Below, piece after piece: positions 1 through 14,500 of a stretch of DNA of 64,000 bases. Position 1 is the first letter of the stretch. Every line of letters begins with the position of its first letter. A model generated the notes under the pieces. It did not search any database and was not told the origin of the DNA. It worked only from the letters and a program-made list of their open reading frames with translations. This stretch comes from Eledone cirrhosa. Taxonomy: Eukaryota. Location of the stretch: contig OZ024746.1 of assembly GCA_964016885.1 (NCBI GenBank), positions 42,842,001-42,906,000 of the forward strand. Reading direction: 5' to 3'. Both the position numbers and the translations under genes were made by a program.

Positions 1-1538
1 ATTAACAGGTCAAGTTAATAGGATGTTGACATACTGGCAAAAGAGTTATCTTTTGGTGTGTCTAAGATCAAAACATATTCAATGGCTCAGTTTAGCTCTC
101 TCTAAAAATTGTACAGTTCAATTTCATAAAATATAGCAGCACAGTATAATTGGCAAAATTGAATATAAATTCTCCTATGTGTGAGTATTGAGATGTTAAA
201 GTGCTCCACAAGGTTGATGTATTCTAGATATGCAATATGATGACAACAATCTTATGTGGATTTCTCATGACTTGATGGGTGATGGCAAGCAGAAGTACTG
301 TTCATATCCTCTTACCTATGTGACAACAGCAAAAGTACTTAGTGAATATTATGCCTCCATATCTAGCATTCATTAACAAGGAAATGGCCTGTAACAAGGT
401 TTCTCATGATGGTAGTCAACATCACTTGGTATGGACAAAGACACTGCTGATCATGACTGTTGGTGAGTACTTACTACTCGATGCACTGAATGGCACAGAA
501 GAACATAAGAACTAAGAATCTAGTGGTGACTTAGGAAATTAGGTGTAATCCTACTAGCCATGAACAAAGGTAAGTGTTAGTAGTGAGTACAGTAAGGAAT
601 TAAGTGTGCAGTTAGTGGTCTCCCATAGCACAGTCCTCTGCTCCTATTTATCATAGTTCTTCAGACAGTAGCAGAGGAGTTTAAGACTGTGTGTCTATAA
701 AAAGTCCTACATGCTCACCAAATCTCCTATTCACTCCACCAAACAGTCTGCATAACAAGGCAGGACATTAGAATCAGCTGCATTCAAATCCATCTCCAAG
801 AGAACTAGAATGATTACTTTCTACATTTCTCTCTTATCATGACACCTCCCCCAGGCCACTTTGATTTATTAACATCCATCATCATCTTTCATTACCACCC
901 ATGTTTCTCAATAGCCATTATTTAATCTCTTTCTCTCTCTCTCACTAGCAGACATTTGTCATTGCTGTCTTTCCTGTACTTCTCAACTACATTCTGTTTC
1001 TCTCATCATATTTTAGCTCTCTTCTTCCTTGACACCCTTTGATATTATTGACACTTGCCCATTACTCTCTCTGGCATTGTCTTTTCCCCATTATTTCCCC
1101 CTTCTATACTCTCCCACACTAACACCATTATCTCTTTCACCATACTATCACTCCCTACATTCATTCTTGAATGAATGGAGACCTTGTTAATAGTGAATAC
1201 TTTTTAGTCTTGTTTGGTGCAAGACAAACATACTAGTGCTGTTGCCATGATGAAATGCACTCAGTTTATTCTTTAATGTGGTTCAGCAATGAGCAGAAAT
1301 AATGTAGGGTTGAGAAAACCCACTAATCCTGTCAAGGATTTAACTTTGTTAAAACATCACAAAACCTAAGAGATTGAAAAAGTTGCAAAATAATTCATAT
1401 TGGCTTTTAATCTTTACACACATGTACACAGATGCACAGACACATAGGTATATATAAAATTATATATATATATATATACACATGTATATGTATGTGTGTG
1501 TGTGCAGAGGCAAACAGTATATGGATACACACTCCACA

Positions 1539-2204
1539 TAATGGTGCCACCCAGTTTCACACTGTAAATGGGGTTGGTGTTAGGAAGGGCATCCAGCAGC
1601 TGTAAAAACCCAACCAACACACAGCCCTGATATGTGCAAAGTACAGCATGGCCACCTGACCAGAATTTTCTCATAACAGAACCACCCAGTTTCACACTGT
1701 AAATATGGACAATGTTAGGAAGGGCATTCAGCTGTAAAAACACAGCCCAAACATGACCCCACTATAATCAAGGCGTGGTGGAGTCAACTGCCTAGACCTC
1801 CCTCATAATGGGACCACCCAGATCCCAAAATACAGTAACAGTCAAAATATGACCAGACTTGGCTCATAACAGGACCATCCCGTAATGCAGTTCCACTACA
1901 AGTAAGGTCTGGCATGGCCAACTGGCCGGACAGCTTTAATAATGGGACCACCCAGCTCCCAAATAATGGTTCAGATGTGAGCAGGGTATGGCATGGCCAA
2001 CTCCTCATAACAGCGCCATTCAGTTCCACACTGTAAACGTGGTTGGTGTTACAAAGGGAATCCTGTTGTAAAAATCCCAACCAAAATACTCTTCTGCCTG
2101 AGCAAGGTACGGCATGACAAACTGGGCAGACTTGTCTCATATTGTGGGTAACCCTCCTAACCTATGTAAGCATGGAAAAATAGATGTTGAACAGTGATGA
2201 TGAT
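1539..2204 (+). repeat. Tandemly rearranged RTE-3'UTR/SINE-related module array ending in an RTE-type tail
   Basis: Three copies of cccagtttcacactgtaaa..gttggtgttaggaagggcatcc (~1550, ~1685, ~2020), interleaved with ggcatggccaactg..ctcataa units; ends in taacctatgtaagcatggaaaaatagatgttgaacagtgatgatgat. Confidence 0.7.
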
Positions 2205-2378
2205 AATATTGATGAAGATATAAAGGAAAACAAAACAAGGTTTCACATTGAGATTTTTATGGATTATGTTCAGTTATGAACCTTTCACAGATAGGTGGCT
2301 CAAGATCGATATTTGTGATATAGATCTGACACCAGCCCCAATCTGCTTATCATACTTGTTAATCAAACAAAACCTAAT

Positions 2379-2413
<35 letters not shown>

Positions 2414-2427
2414 ATATATAAGGATAA

Positions 2428-2712
2428 AGATCCCATAACTCCTTGTGGAGTCGTAGAGGCACTGTCATACAGAGTGTCTAGGGCACATTTAAACCTGGCA
2501 GAGCACAACCCTCTCCAGGTCTGAACACTGCCGCTTTTTTCTATAGAGGAAGAATCAACCCTAGTACTGGACTGGTGCTTTTTTTTTTTATCAAGCTTCA
2601 AAAGATGAAAGGCAAAGTTGACCATGGCAGGATTTGATCTTAGAGCGTGCAATGAGGTGGGACGAAAACCGTAAAGCATTCTATATTCTACGCTTCTAAA
2701 CATTTCAACTCA
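2428..2712 (-). mobile_element. tRNA-derived SINE, long-tail subfamily of family A
   Basis: Family core gatgaaaggcaaagttgaccatggcaggatttga; 3' part homologous to 18140-18282 (ends ggagttatggga on the minus strand). Confidence 0.75.
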
Positions 2713-2829
2713 CTCGTTGCTTCAGTATTTATTTTCAATATATATATATACACAGAAGACCTGACTTCCCATGGGTACAAGCCGAAGCTGAAGCATATAA
2801 ACAATATGCCGCCACCCCTACCCACTGCA

Positions 2830-3085
2830 AAATGGCATGGAGGTGACAAAAAAGCACCCAGCCCACACTATAAAGTGGTCGTGTAGGTGCCATGGAATAA
2901 AAGCACCCAGCACTCACTGTAAATGAAGTTGGTGTTAGGAAGGGCATCCAGCTGTAGAAATCAAGCCAAAGTCAGTTCCCATATGAACAAGACAAGGTCA
3001 CCCGACCTGGCACTGCCCACAACAGGATAACCCGTCTAACCCATGCTAGCATGGAAGAATGGACATAAAACGGTGATCATGATGA
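2830..3085 (+). mobile_element. RTE 3'UTR / SINE-B 3' fragment with tail
   Basis: aaaagcacccagcactcactgtaaatgaagttggtgttaggaagggcatccagctgtagaaatc then aacccgtctaacccatgctagcatggaagaatggacataaaacggtgatcatgatga; reverse-complement match to 33637-33900. Confidence 0.8.
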
Positions 3086-4721
3086 GCACACATATATGTA
3101 AAAATGTACATTTACATAAATACATATATTCATCAAACATTTATTAATTTTTTCACATGTGTATAGATTCATACAGAAAGGTATCTGAACTACTCAAATT
3201 ATGAAAAAGAACAAAGTTATAATTTTAATAATTATTTTTCATTATGGGTCTGAAGAGAAAAGTCAAATTCTAGATAGGCTTTTCACATTGGAAATTCAAT
3301 TTCCTATTTCTTAATTGTATTTGTTGAATGTCATCTGCCAAATGAATAACTGAATCTGTTTCCATGCTAATTACCACAAATATGTACCCTTCTAGATTCT
3401 ACCACATTACTAATGGCTAATTGCTCAACATCAATGCATTTGTCCACTTACTACTCCTCTTCAGAATAAAATAATTCTTTCCTTATAAATAGAATTATCT
3501 CTATTAACGTGATCTAATATTTATCACAAGAATGTCAAACTCATTTGTTATGCTGGTCTATAATCATTACAGCTATAATTTAGTAGAATATGAGAATTAA
3601 TACAGATTATGGGACAGCAGATTAATATTTTACTCTATTTAAGATCAGGATCTTACCATCCCAGGTTCAAATTCCCTTTTTTATGCCCCACAGTTTGATA
3701 AAATAAATAATAAAATATAAGAGTTAATATAACTGCCATAAAAACAAATTGAATGAATGTTGGGCCTTCGAATGAAATTACTATAACTATGCATAAGAAA
3801 TGTCATCTAAAAGAAACAGAAATATTTTTGAAGAAAAAGATGTCACTACACAAATTGTAGAAGATATTGCAAATAATAGTGATGTGCAGTAACAATCAAT
3901 AGGTATATTAAAAAAGTAAACTTTGTAGCAACAAAAACTGCAAGTAATCTAGGTGCTGGAGCTTGTATTAAGGTTTTAATAGTAAATTTTAGAGAACTGG
4001 AGAAGACTGAGTCTCTAATAAAATGGCAAATTGTATAACAAACATAGTGATAAGATTGATTTAATAGCAATGAAATAGAAACTTTAAATAGTAAGATCAT
4101 GAAGTATCTGGATAGGAAAGATGTGAGTAGGAATGTCTCAATGTTATTTAAAAGGGCAAATTATTTTTATTTCATTTCTAGGAAGAAATTGAGCAGAGAG
4201 GCTGGTGAAGTAGGATGGTTTACTAAGATTAGTATGGCTAATGCATACACTAAGTAGCTGTACACTACTGGAAGGGGTGGATTCTTGATAGATACAACTG
4301 TTTATAGGAAGATTTTAAAATGAGTTAAAGTATGGTTAATAAATTAGAGGCGTAAATAAGAATTACATTATGTTGAACCAAGGGAACCTCTAGATGGCTA
4401 TTTGTCCAGAAATGATTTTTCTCAAATCAAACCTACCATCTTCAAAATGTATTTATTACGTTTGACAATGTAGTTCTAGATATAAAAAGAGATGGATGGA
4501 GACATTATGGGTGGATCTAAATACCATACCCCTTCTTTCTAAAATAAATATCAGTTTACATAATATCAAGTACTGGAAATAATTATTTGAATTTATCATA
4601 CCCCAAAGTCAGTGATATTTTGTCTGTGGCATTTATGTGTATCAAAGTTCTAAAATGTTTTCTATATATCTATCATTAAGGTTAACTTTCAATTCATAAT
4701 GGTAGAGGTACAGATAAGTAC

Positions 4722-4859
4722 ATGAGTACCAGAACAGATTTAACCCTGTGATGGATTGGCATCCTGTCCAAGAGGAGTCATGTACTCTCAGTCACTTAAC
4801 ACCATAGAAACTAGATTAAGCACCGGCCTGATGAGCCTCCAGGCTCGAGTCAGACTTAG
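4722..4859 (+). mobile_element. SINE 3' fragment with V/Meta-SINE-like central domain
   Basis: aaccctgtgatggattggcatcctgtcca..gtcacttaacaccatagaaac..ggcctgatgagcctccaggctcgag; inverted homologue at 24140-24420. Superfamily name is from recall. Confidence 0.65.
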
Positions 4860-6764
4860 ACAGGTAAGATAAGTATTTCTAAAGTTATGAGTAGAAGTTA
4901 CATATATAGAAAGAGAAATTGTTGATATAGTGTTGTAAGTTTACAAATGAGTATGGATGGAAATGATTAAGAAAAAATGGTAATTTAGCCTCTTAGAATG
5001 AGATCTCATTAGAAAACATCAAATTGAAAGTGCAAAAAAAATTCACTTACACATATTGTTATAAGGAAACATTTGAACAAAAGTGTTATAGAATCTGGAA
5101 AACTTTTATATCAAACTTGACTAAAAAGTCAGATTAACAACAATAACACACAGCAGCATGTATTGAATGCTGGAATGGGTTAGACTGGTCAAAACAGTCC
5201 AAAACGAGCCATAGTTGGATAACAATGTCTTGTTCATGCATTCCAGAACTGGATGCCCTTCCTAATGCTAATTGTTTTACAGTGTGTACTGGGTGTATTT
5301 TATTGGGATACAAACACTGAAGTACTTGACAAAAACCAGAGAGACTATTCTATCCTATGTTGACTCAGTTTGTCAGCAAATCCCATTCACTGCATTCTAT
5401 GCAGCCTCTGGTTCCCCATGACATTTACATATTTAGTGTCACTGTGCTTGCACTAGTAGGGGGGGGGGGTCTGTTTTAACATGTATAATAAAAAAGTTTA
5501 TAATCAATCAAATGCCATGGAGTGATTACCGATGCTTGCATAAGAGGGAAAGATATTCACACTGTTCCAAAGAATATTCATCTTCATCATTTTAAATATG
5601 TATGAGAATATATTAATTTATTTATAATGGAATGGGCCAGAGAAGTAACTCTGATTAAAGCAGGGCATACTTAAACAGGTTTCTATATTATAAAGTCAAT
5701 ACATCTGAATAGAGAAATGAGGTTTTCATAAGAAAGGGTTATGACTTGCAGCCTCAGTGTCTGAGAGTTGTAGTAGCTTGAGTGTTCCTGCACTCAGTTG
5801 CTTCACTTACACTGCAAAGCTAGAATATTTGGTATTTTTTTATGGCTTTGTTAATAATATAGGTTAGAAATAATTAGTATTTTAAGAGGTATTTTTGTGC
5901 ACGAAAACTTAGGGTTGCATCTGAAGTATATAAGTAAATAAGAACAAATAGATTTCTATAGCTTAGAAGCTGATAACTGAGTGATCTGTGTTGATGAAAA
6001 CAAGAGAATTGATTCATCACAATTAAAGATGTTTTGGCAGGAAAGTTGAAAGAATTTTAGCTGATATGTGTATGGGGTAAAAATACCTTTCATGTTTCAG
6101 AAAACCTGTTTGTGAGGATTATGACTGGACAGAAAGAATCGTTAATTAGCTTCAATCGGATTTTCTTTCATCAATTAAAGATTCTGTTTGTTTTTTAATG
6201 GCACAGCAACTGTAGTCTTTGGTAATCCATTTGTTGGAAGTTGGTTTAAATATTGTATTATTCTGGTAGCGTTTATTAATGTGAAGTTTGATGGTTGATC
6301 TCTTCCGAAACTGAAGGAGAAGACCAGTAATTGAAAGTATAAAGGATAAAGCATTCAGTCTCTAGATCAAGAGTACTACGTTGGTCAAAAAAGGTCACTC
6401 ATTGTAACCTTTTTGATATCAATCCATATTAAGCTGCCACTGTCTCTATGAAACTAAATATCCAATTTCAAAGGCTTCCTATTTAAATAAAAATTTCCAA
6501 CATAATTTAAAAAAACAAACCTACGTTGATTTATCATAGAAATAAAATTGTAGAAAGGAAACAATTTATAATTAAAAAAATCCCTCTAAATCTTTCATAA
6601 ATTAATTGAAACATCACGTATTTCATAAGATGTATGGTCCCAATGGGCTCAACAATTCTTTAAACCGATTTTTTGTGCATGTCTCTAGTCTCAGAGCAAT
6701 GTTCTGTTATAGGAGTTGGAATATTATAATCTTATGGAAATTGCAAAACAATTACAGCAAACAG

Positions 6765-6867
6765 GTGGGTTGACGAAGAACTGTGATGAGTGGAGAAATG
6801 CTTTGGATGGATCCATCCAAACCATGCAAGCATGGAAAAGTGGATATGTGATGATGAAGATGATGAT
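6765..6867 (+). mobile_element. Extremely 5'-truncated RTE 3' end
   Basis: GLTKNCDEWRNAL-like ORF end followed by ccatgcaagcatggaaaagtgga and a (GAT)n tail. Confidence 0.6.
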
Positions 6868-7248
6868 AAAGTACAACTGGAAACAATATTTCATAATTGT
6901 ACTGAATTCGATATGGGGACAGATTATAATTTCCTTGTTGAAGAATATAGGATAAAAATAAAATGTCCATGTGCCTAAAAGATGGATATTGTATACAAAT
7001 AGACAATTTGAGAATTAAAATTAATTTAAAAAAAATTAAAATTAAATTAAAAAAAATGTATTTCAAGTGAGCTGAAAATGTCATTAGAGACATGACGAAT
7101 ATAGTTCAATGACAACCAGATGAGTAAATTTATATTGTGGACCAATAATTAGCCATACATATAAAACATGTCAATAAGGAATAATTAAATAATTAAGGAT
7201 TTCAGAAAGAGAAGAGATAATTTGAACAATTATATATATATATATATA

Positions 7249-7297
7249 TAACCCATGCTAGCGTAGAAAATAGATGTTAAACGATGATGATGATGAT
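7249..7297 (+). mobile_element. ~50-bp RTE tail-only insertion in (TA)n
   Basis: taacccatgctagcgtagaaaatagatgttaaacgatgatgatgatgat; a similar tail-only copy at 27071-27119. Confidence 0.7.
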
Positions 7298-8940
7298 ATA
7301 TAGACGGAAGAGATATTCTTTCTAAAATTATTGAACAATGTTAGATATATTAAATACTATGACCAGTGAGTCATTGTTTGTTATGTACACTTTTCCATGC
7401 TGGCATGAGTTGGATGGCATGTTTTGAGACAGGGTTTTAATGCCAGATGCCCTTCCTGACACCAATCTTTTGTTCCCTGTTATGGATTGTGAGATACATA
7501 AAATCTAAATATGTGAGGTGAACTAAATTTAACTAAATTTAATTGTGTATAAGTTAAAAATTCAACAACCCAGATGAAAATTTGGTATGGCAATAGTTAA
7601 AAAGAGAAATTTGAATATAAAACTTCCAGTAAAACGAATATGAATTATATGGCTAAAAACGTTTTGTACTGTAGTAAAGCAGCCCTGAATTGACAAATGG
7701 AAATAGTTTTGAATGACACAAAATGAAATTGACAGAGAAAATTAACAAAAATGTGTGAGAGAGTTGCTGGTGTGTGTAACCCTTTTGGGTGTTCCAATAA
7801 TATACATAAAGATAATACAGAATCACCGAGTATCACAAAACTAATTGAATACAAAAGGTTGTTGCTATTGATATATGTGAATTAGAGAGCTCATTGTTAC
7901 ATATACGACTATACTTCCTTCTAATATAGAATTGTGTTTTCTGTAAGTTGATATTTATTTATAGTTCCAGGATCCCTGATAAATACACTGGTTGAAACAC
8001 TCACTAATTGACACAGGACATGTTTTTAATTTACTACGCAAGGGGGTACTGAAAACAGAAAAGGACATGACAGAGAGAAGATAATTCAAGAAGAGAGTAG
8101 AAGATTGATGTTGCTTTTTAGTTCTTGCCAACTGTAGTGATCAGAAAAGCAAGAAGCTGGAAGAGAATTCTGTAGATGAGATGTGCAAGGGAAGAAACTA
8201 TTTAGGAACTTCAACTGTAAATGGTTGAGACCTAGTCTAGTAAAATATCAATATGAAAAATAGATTTAAAATTTAACAGTATGAAATTTTCATTAGAAAC
8301 TCAAACTTATTTATTTTAATGTAATGCTTCTTTTACGCTTCAAAGAATGAATGCCAAAAGAGTTCATTTGCTGAGTTAAAATTCAGAAAAGATGTAACAA
8401 AACTGACTATAAGGAATGATCATTGTGTTAAGACAAATTATCCTGTCAGTGCCAGGCAAGTTACTTAGGTTTTAGTGTTGAGTCAATAGATAAAAGTTTT
8501 TAATAAAGTCACCCCAATGTAAAACAGGGAAGATTTTGAATATGAAATTTCAGTGGAAAGTCTACATTTCAGTTAAAAGAGATTGTAATAAAAAAAACTT
8601 TGTTAAACTAATGTGACTTTAATAAAATAAACCTTATTTCAAAGAGGAAATGATGTTTGAGAAAATAAAATAAATTTTAAATAAATTTCTTATGGTGAAC
8701 CAAAATAATTAAACAAGTTGTGTATTATTCATTGCTCATTGGAAAGTAATGGGTGAGAAACAAAAAATAAGTGCGCACATATAAAATCAAAATTGGATTC
8801 TAGTTCAAATACAAGAAGAAATAAATTATTAATGAAGTATTTGTAATCAAGTTTGCTTCACTTTTATCAGACATTATTTGAAACAGCAGGAAGCTGTGTG
8901 GCTTGTTCAAAAATTCAATGAGAAATTTAAAATACTAATG

Positions 8941-9154
8941 ATAATGGTTTCTGATTTAAGCAGAAGCCCAACGAATTTGGGGGTAGAGTAAGTCAAGTAA
9001 ATTGACCCCAGTACATTACTGGTACTTTATTTTATCAACCCCATAAGGATGAAAGGCAAAGTTAACCTCGGCGGGATTTGAACTCAGATCATAAAGGGGC
9101 GTAACTCTGGGCTGCAAAACATGGTATCCGACCCTCTACCGATACTACCAATCC
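8941..9154 (-). mobile_element. tRNA-derived SINE family A
   Basis: ctggtactttattttatcaaccccataaggatgaaaggcaaagttaacctcggcgggatttgaactcag; near-identical to copies at 22053, 42054, 58696. Confidence 0.9.
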
Positions 9155-10279
9155 AAATAAATAATTATTAAAAATAGCGAAATATGTATACAAAGCAATC
9201 ATATAGATGTACGGATGATTGTTCTTTGAACATAAGAAAAACATTGTATGGAGACTGATGCGCATAAAATAATACAAATTTAGAAGCACACAACAAAGAT
9301 AACATTCTAAATGATGGGCTGGGCTTTATTCCTAAAGTGCCACCAATAAAATCGAAAAGCCACAAATGGACACATGATGAATATACTTCGATTCTACATG
9401 CATATTTCATTGTAACACTATACCCTAAAAATGAAAACAAAACCACACACACTTGTGAAATTTTTAAAAAAATACAAAACAACCCAAACCTGACCTCAAC
9501 AAACTAGCAAATTTATGGAGATGTATATTAAAAACGAAAGGTTTTGGATATAAATTGAAAAGAAAGAGGCGTCATGATATCTAAGGCCAATAGATGTGGT
9601 CTACCAACTTGACGGAACCAGGAATTAAGATCAATTCTGAGGTAAGACATGGTGATGATAAATATATATAAACTAACTTTAATATCACTTATATATATAT
9701 ATATATAAACTAACTTTAATATCACTTATTTTTACGAAATTATTTGTGTTTAAACATTCAGTAATGCAGCTGATTGACAGACTAGTTTCTGAGATAATAC
9801 ATTATATTTTTACTTTCCAAACTAAACTGAACTTTATCATTTCATGATGCCTTCCTATATTCTTTAATGGCATGAGACACCATAGCAACTCATAACTTGT
9901 TATAATTTAGTATACAAAGTAAAATTACTATAGTATATATATAGCATATACTTGCTAGAAGCTATTATCTTAATATAATATGCATATATGTCACATTTAT
10001 ATGTCCATTAAACAGTATCTTATTTTACACAACAAAAGTATACTATACAAAAGCATCTGAGAAGAATATTACCAAGGGGCACAAAGTTTCATTGAGGCCT
10101 CCTCTTCTCTTTTGTGAATGCTAGTCTTCAATATATGCATTTCCTGAGATTCCAAGAAATATTTGGGCCCAGGCATGATGTACAACAAACACCCCTCTCA
10201 CATAAGCATTGGCTATACATATATCATTCCTATTTTACTTTAAAATCATATAACCTTATTATACTTCATGGTAGGAAGG

Positions 10280-11020
10280 TTATGTCATCAGGGAAACGAC
10301 CTTGTTCAATATGTTGAAAATGGGTGGGCAGAAATTCCATAAGGTGCACTCAATGTAAACTATAGATGCACAAGAGATGTAGGATTGGAGGCAGGCTAAT
10401 GGAAAAGATAGAATTTATATGCAGCAGATGCACTGGGGAAGTGAGCACAAAGATCACACATGGAGTAAATTCCCTCAGCTTTCGCTACCTAGGCAATCAA
10501 ATTAGTAGTTGGGGAAGATGAACAGGCTAGAAAAAGTTTAAGAGATCTATTATTGATGCTAACAAAAAAATGCTTTTCTCTCAGAGTGAAGGGTAGATTG
10601 TATGATGTTGTATGTAAACTTCAATGTCACATGGCAGTGAACATGGGCCTTGACTGCAGAAGATCTGCAGAGGCTAGAAAGAAATGAGTTGAGTATGCTC
10701 TAATGGATGTATAATGTTAGTGTGCATGATTGACATGATTGACAAAGCATAAGCAAACAAAGAGAAAAACTTGGCATAAAAGAAATTGGATGTAGTGTGC
10801 AAGAGAGAAGACTGCATTTGTATGGACATGTGATGTGCATGGAAGATAACAGCTGCATCCAAAATGCAGAGAAACAACAGTTGCTGGGACCCATGGCAGA
10901 AGTAGACCCAGGAAGACATGGGATGAGATTGTGAAGACTGACCTTGAAAAACTAAACTTCACAACAGAAATGACTAAAGATCATGAGGGTTGGCACTATG
11001 TGGTGCTAATGAAGACCCAA
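10280..11020 (+). pseudogene. Decayed RTE-clade LINE, C-terminal ORF fragment
   Basis: SSGKRPCSIC..NSIRCTQCKL, RYLGNQISS, RRLHLYGHVMCME, RPRKTWDEIVKTDL motifs with stops and frameshifts; same family as 33637-34857. Confidence 0.85.
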
Positions 11021-11209
11021 CCTGCAACATACAATTTGGCCTGACTTCCCTCCTCCCTTCCATCACAGCTCACCAACAGCTATCCACTACAAACCTCCCC
11101 ACACATGCTCCTAGCTGCTGTCCCTTTGTGAAGTGGTTGGTGATGGGAAGGACATTCAGTAGTGGAGTCTACCAAACAATGGGTCAGGACAACCCTTCAG
11201 TCATGCCAA

Positions 11210-11512
11210 TGCATGTCAACCTCCCTAGTGTTTGGTGATCTACACAATAAATGCACCCAGTACACACTGTAAAGTGGTTGGTGATAGGAAGGTATCCAGC
11301 CATAGAAAGCTTGTCAAACAAAGAGCCAGAAAGACCTTCAATCATGTCAAGAACATGACAGTCTCCCTAATGTTGGTGACCTACACAATAAATGCATTCA
11401 ATATATGCTGTAAAGTGGTTGATGATAGGAAGGGCATTCATCCATAGAAAGCTTGCCAAACAAAGCGTGGGAGGACCCTCAGTTGTGTCAAAGACTTGAC
11501 AACCTCCCCTAT
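11210..11512 (+). repeat. ~140-bp tandem duplication of the RTE 3'UTR module
   Basis: Two units of ctccctagtg..ctacacaataaatgca..ctgtaaagtggttg.tgataggaagg..catagaaagcttg.caaacaaag. Confidence 0.8.
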
Positions 11513-14500
11513 TCACTAGGGAGAATGTGAGATCATACATAAGCAGGATGACAGATCCCTGGCTTGTCTGGGAGATCAGTAGCCACCACTTCAGTACTGA
11601 CTTGGTCTATGTAGACCTGGCCAACCATGATGAATATGATGATATACTCTAATATTTTACTATGGATGGCTTTATTATTGTTACTAATTCCATAGGCCAT
11701 ACAAATTAGAGGATGATATTTTTTCATAATGAACCTACTATGAATTACTTCACTTGCTATAGCTTAGCGTAGGACTGTCATAGTGTGTCAGAGTATATAC
11801 AAGTAGAAAAGAAATGGATGATTGAATTTGGTATAAGATTACCTCCTCATAGGTCATGAGTTCAAATTTACTGCATATATTTCGTTGTGTTTGCCAGCAA
11901 TCCAGTTTTATCTTCACTTAGCTAACAAGAATAATTAATAGATCATTTAAGAAGGCTACTGGCAATAGATTATCATCATACCTTGAGAAAATGTATATCT
12001 TATTTACTTAATGCTTATTAAACCACAGTTTAGAACTGGCCTATAAAAGCCCATTGGGGATTACAAAGCATTTATTTTGGACTTATAATTTTCAATCATT
12101 TTACAAAGTCTTTAAGTTATAATTGAGATATTTCCTTCAGTGCACTGAAATATTAGTGCACCTCCTGAACCACATTTAAATAATCAATAAAAAGTTGTAA
12201 GTCACTCAATATTCTTATGTTTATTCTCTATGAAATCATTTAATTTTCTTGAAGTTTTATTTTCATAAATCTTATTTGAGACGATTAGGAAATACACTTC
12301 ATTCATTTTATAATATCATCTAAAGATCTTACTAACCAAATAAACAAAATATTGAAATTAAAAAATACATTTTTTGTTCTTATTCCTCTACTTATAAAAG
12401 AGATTTCAATATTTTGTTTATATTTTCCTCTGTGGAGACTATTTTAACATTTGATATATATTATACTTGTTGGTGCATATTAAGAAATTTCTTCTAAGTT
12501 AACATAATATTTCAAAAGTAAAGAAAAATTAGAACTTCTTATAACAGAAATTGCAAATCAAATTGTTCCTTATACCGATAAGTTCAAAGAAGTTTATTAT
12601 CCTCTTTATGAAACTGGTTCTTTTATTTTCTATTAAGACTGTGTAAAAACGAAGGTTAAATTTATAAAACAAATAAATTTGACTGCTTTATGCCTTAAAA
12701 AGACACTTATTTTGGACATGTATAATTTTATATCAAATTATCAATGGGATTTTCTAATAATTAGATATAGATGATGGCCAACTTATTTAGTTTGATTATG
12801 TTTACAGAAAATTACAAAAGCTCTGTATCTGAATTTCTCTTGCAACAAAGGTTTTCAAATCCTTATTTCTTTAAAGACCAATTTGTGGAAGCAAGACTCT
12901 ATAGTTTACTTGAAGCAATATTATAGAAGTACTAGCAAGGAAGTTAGAGGGAAGCTGCCATGATGCTGAAGAAAGAGAAAAATATATGTATTCAATATTT
13001 CAGAATTTCTATTGCGTGGTTTGGTATTATTAAAGTCAAAATGCTGCATAGATGTATTTTTCTTTTTGATGAGCACTGCCATGGTTTCTCTCATTCTTCT
13101 TCACAAAGTTGGAAACTATCTCAAAATCTGTGTGCCTAAATCAATTCCTAGTTTCTGTCTAAACTGTGCAAGCATAGACAATCAATTCCCACAAGGATTT
13201 ATCTTGAAATATAGAAGAAAACAAAAGAAAACTATCATGACTTTGAGTTATTGTTGAATTCTCATAGTTCTGTGTAACAAACATAATTATAAACCAAATA
13301 CCTCTTTAAGACCTTTCAATAGTTTTTGCATGAGTGGTAGTGTTCCAACTTGGCCAGAATGCAATGAGTGGAACCAGTAAAACAATAACTACTTTTACTG
13401 TATTAAGTTCTATCATTTAGTATACAATGGCCCTTTCCTGCCCTTAAAACCATATGCGTCTATATTGTTAAGTCGGCCCCTAAAGAGAAGTTTTCTATTG
13501 TCAAAAATTCCACTCATTAAACAAATTAGAACTTTTAGTATTGATTTTTCATGAACACCACATATTCTAACGATTAATAAAGCTATTCTCAAAAGTAAAA
13601 TCCAGAATCCCAGCAAATGTCATGAGCAAAAGTTAATCCATGAAGGTTCATAGAAAACAAGCTGCAGTGAGCTAAATTGATGTAAGGATTGTCGAATTCA
13701 AATGTTTCAGCCACTTATCCATCTTTGGTGAGAAACAATATAAAAGCTATGATCATGACATTAACCTCTTTATTATATCTATCCACAGACAGACAAATGG
13801 CTAAAATGTTGGATTGTCTCTCTTGGTAAATTAACCCTGTGTAATTTTATTTTCTACAAACTTTTATTCTTAAAAGTGTTGAGAACTCTGCAAGAATATT
13901 TAACTTTTATGAAGAAGAAAAGCCATACATAAAGACTGTTGCTATGCATCATAATTCTATGTATTCTTAATGATTTTTCTAATTCCAATGTGATGTGCCT
14001 GCTGAGAACAGCCCATATTTCTGTTTGCCACAGTAGTATTTCAGGTAGGCAACATATACCAATCCTATTTTTATTTTTTCTTGTTGGTTATCAATTAGAA
14101 AAGCATCTACCATTAAAAATATCTTCCTACATGTAAAACAGTAAAATACATAAAGCATTTGAAAAATATTATGGTAAGAGGTTTTATGATATCAAAACAT
14201 GATTAATGGAAGCAGAATATTTATAAGATCTCTATACAAGTTTTACTTGACATAATTAATTCCATCTCCTTATAATTCCAGTGCAATTTATGCTTTTGAA
14301 TCACATTTATATGTAATAAATTTATATTACTTTATATGTATGAGAGAAAAATTATTTAACATGTATGGGATTATAACAGGTGCATCTGCATAAAGATAAA
14401 GTATGCACTAGAATCTTCTCATATATGCCACCAAAGCCAGTCAGTAAGTTGAATAATTGTTTTCCAATATCTATGAAATGTTGCCAAACTGAAACCGAAG

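Noticed and set aside
200-800. Possible CR1/L2-like endonuclease remnant (similar hints at 3880-4340, 5600-6480, 51500-52400)
   Set aside because: Too decayed to assign by eye
4826-4856. CTGATGA-gcc-tcca-ggc hammerhead-like start
   Set aside because: No GAAA follows; it is part of the SINE 3' region
6713-6764. AG..GT-bounded open segment ELEYYNLMEIAKQLQQT
   Set aside because: Weak polypyrimidine tract, the donor overlaps an RTE 3'-end fragment, and the peptide is not recognised
7565-7800. NPDENLVWQ*LKRE, resembling a Tc1/IS630 transposase motif
   Set aside because: Single weak motif with no TIRs found
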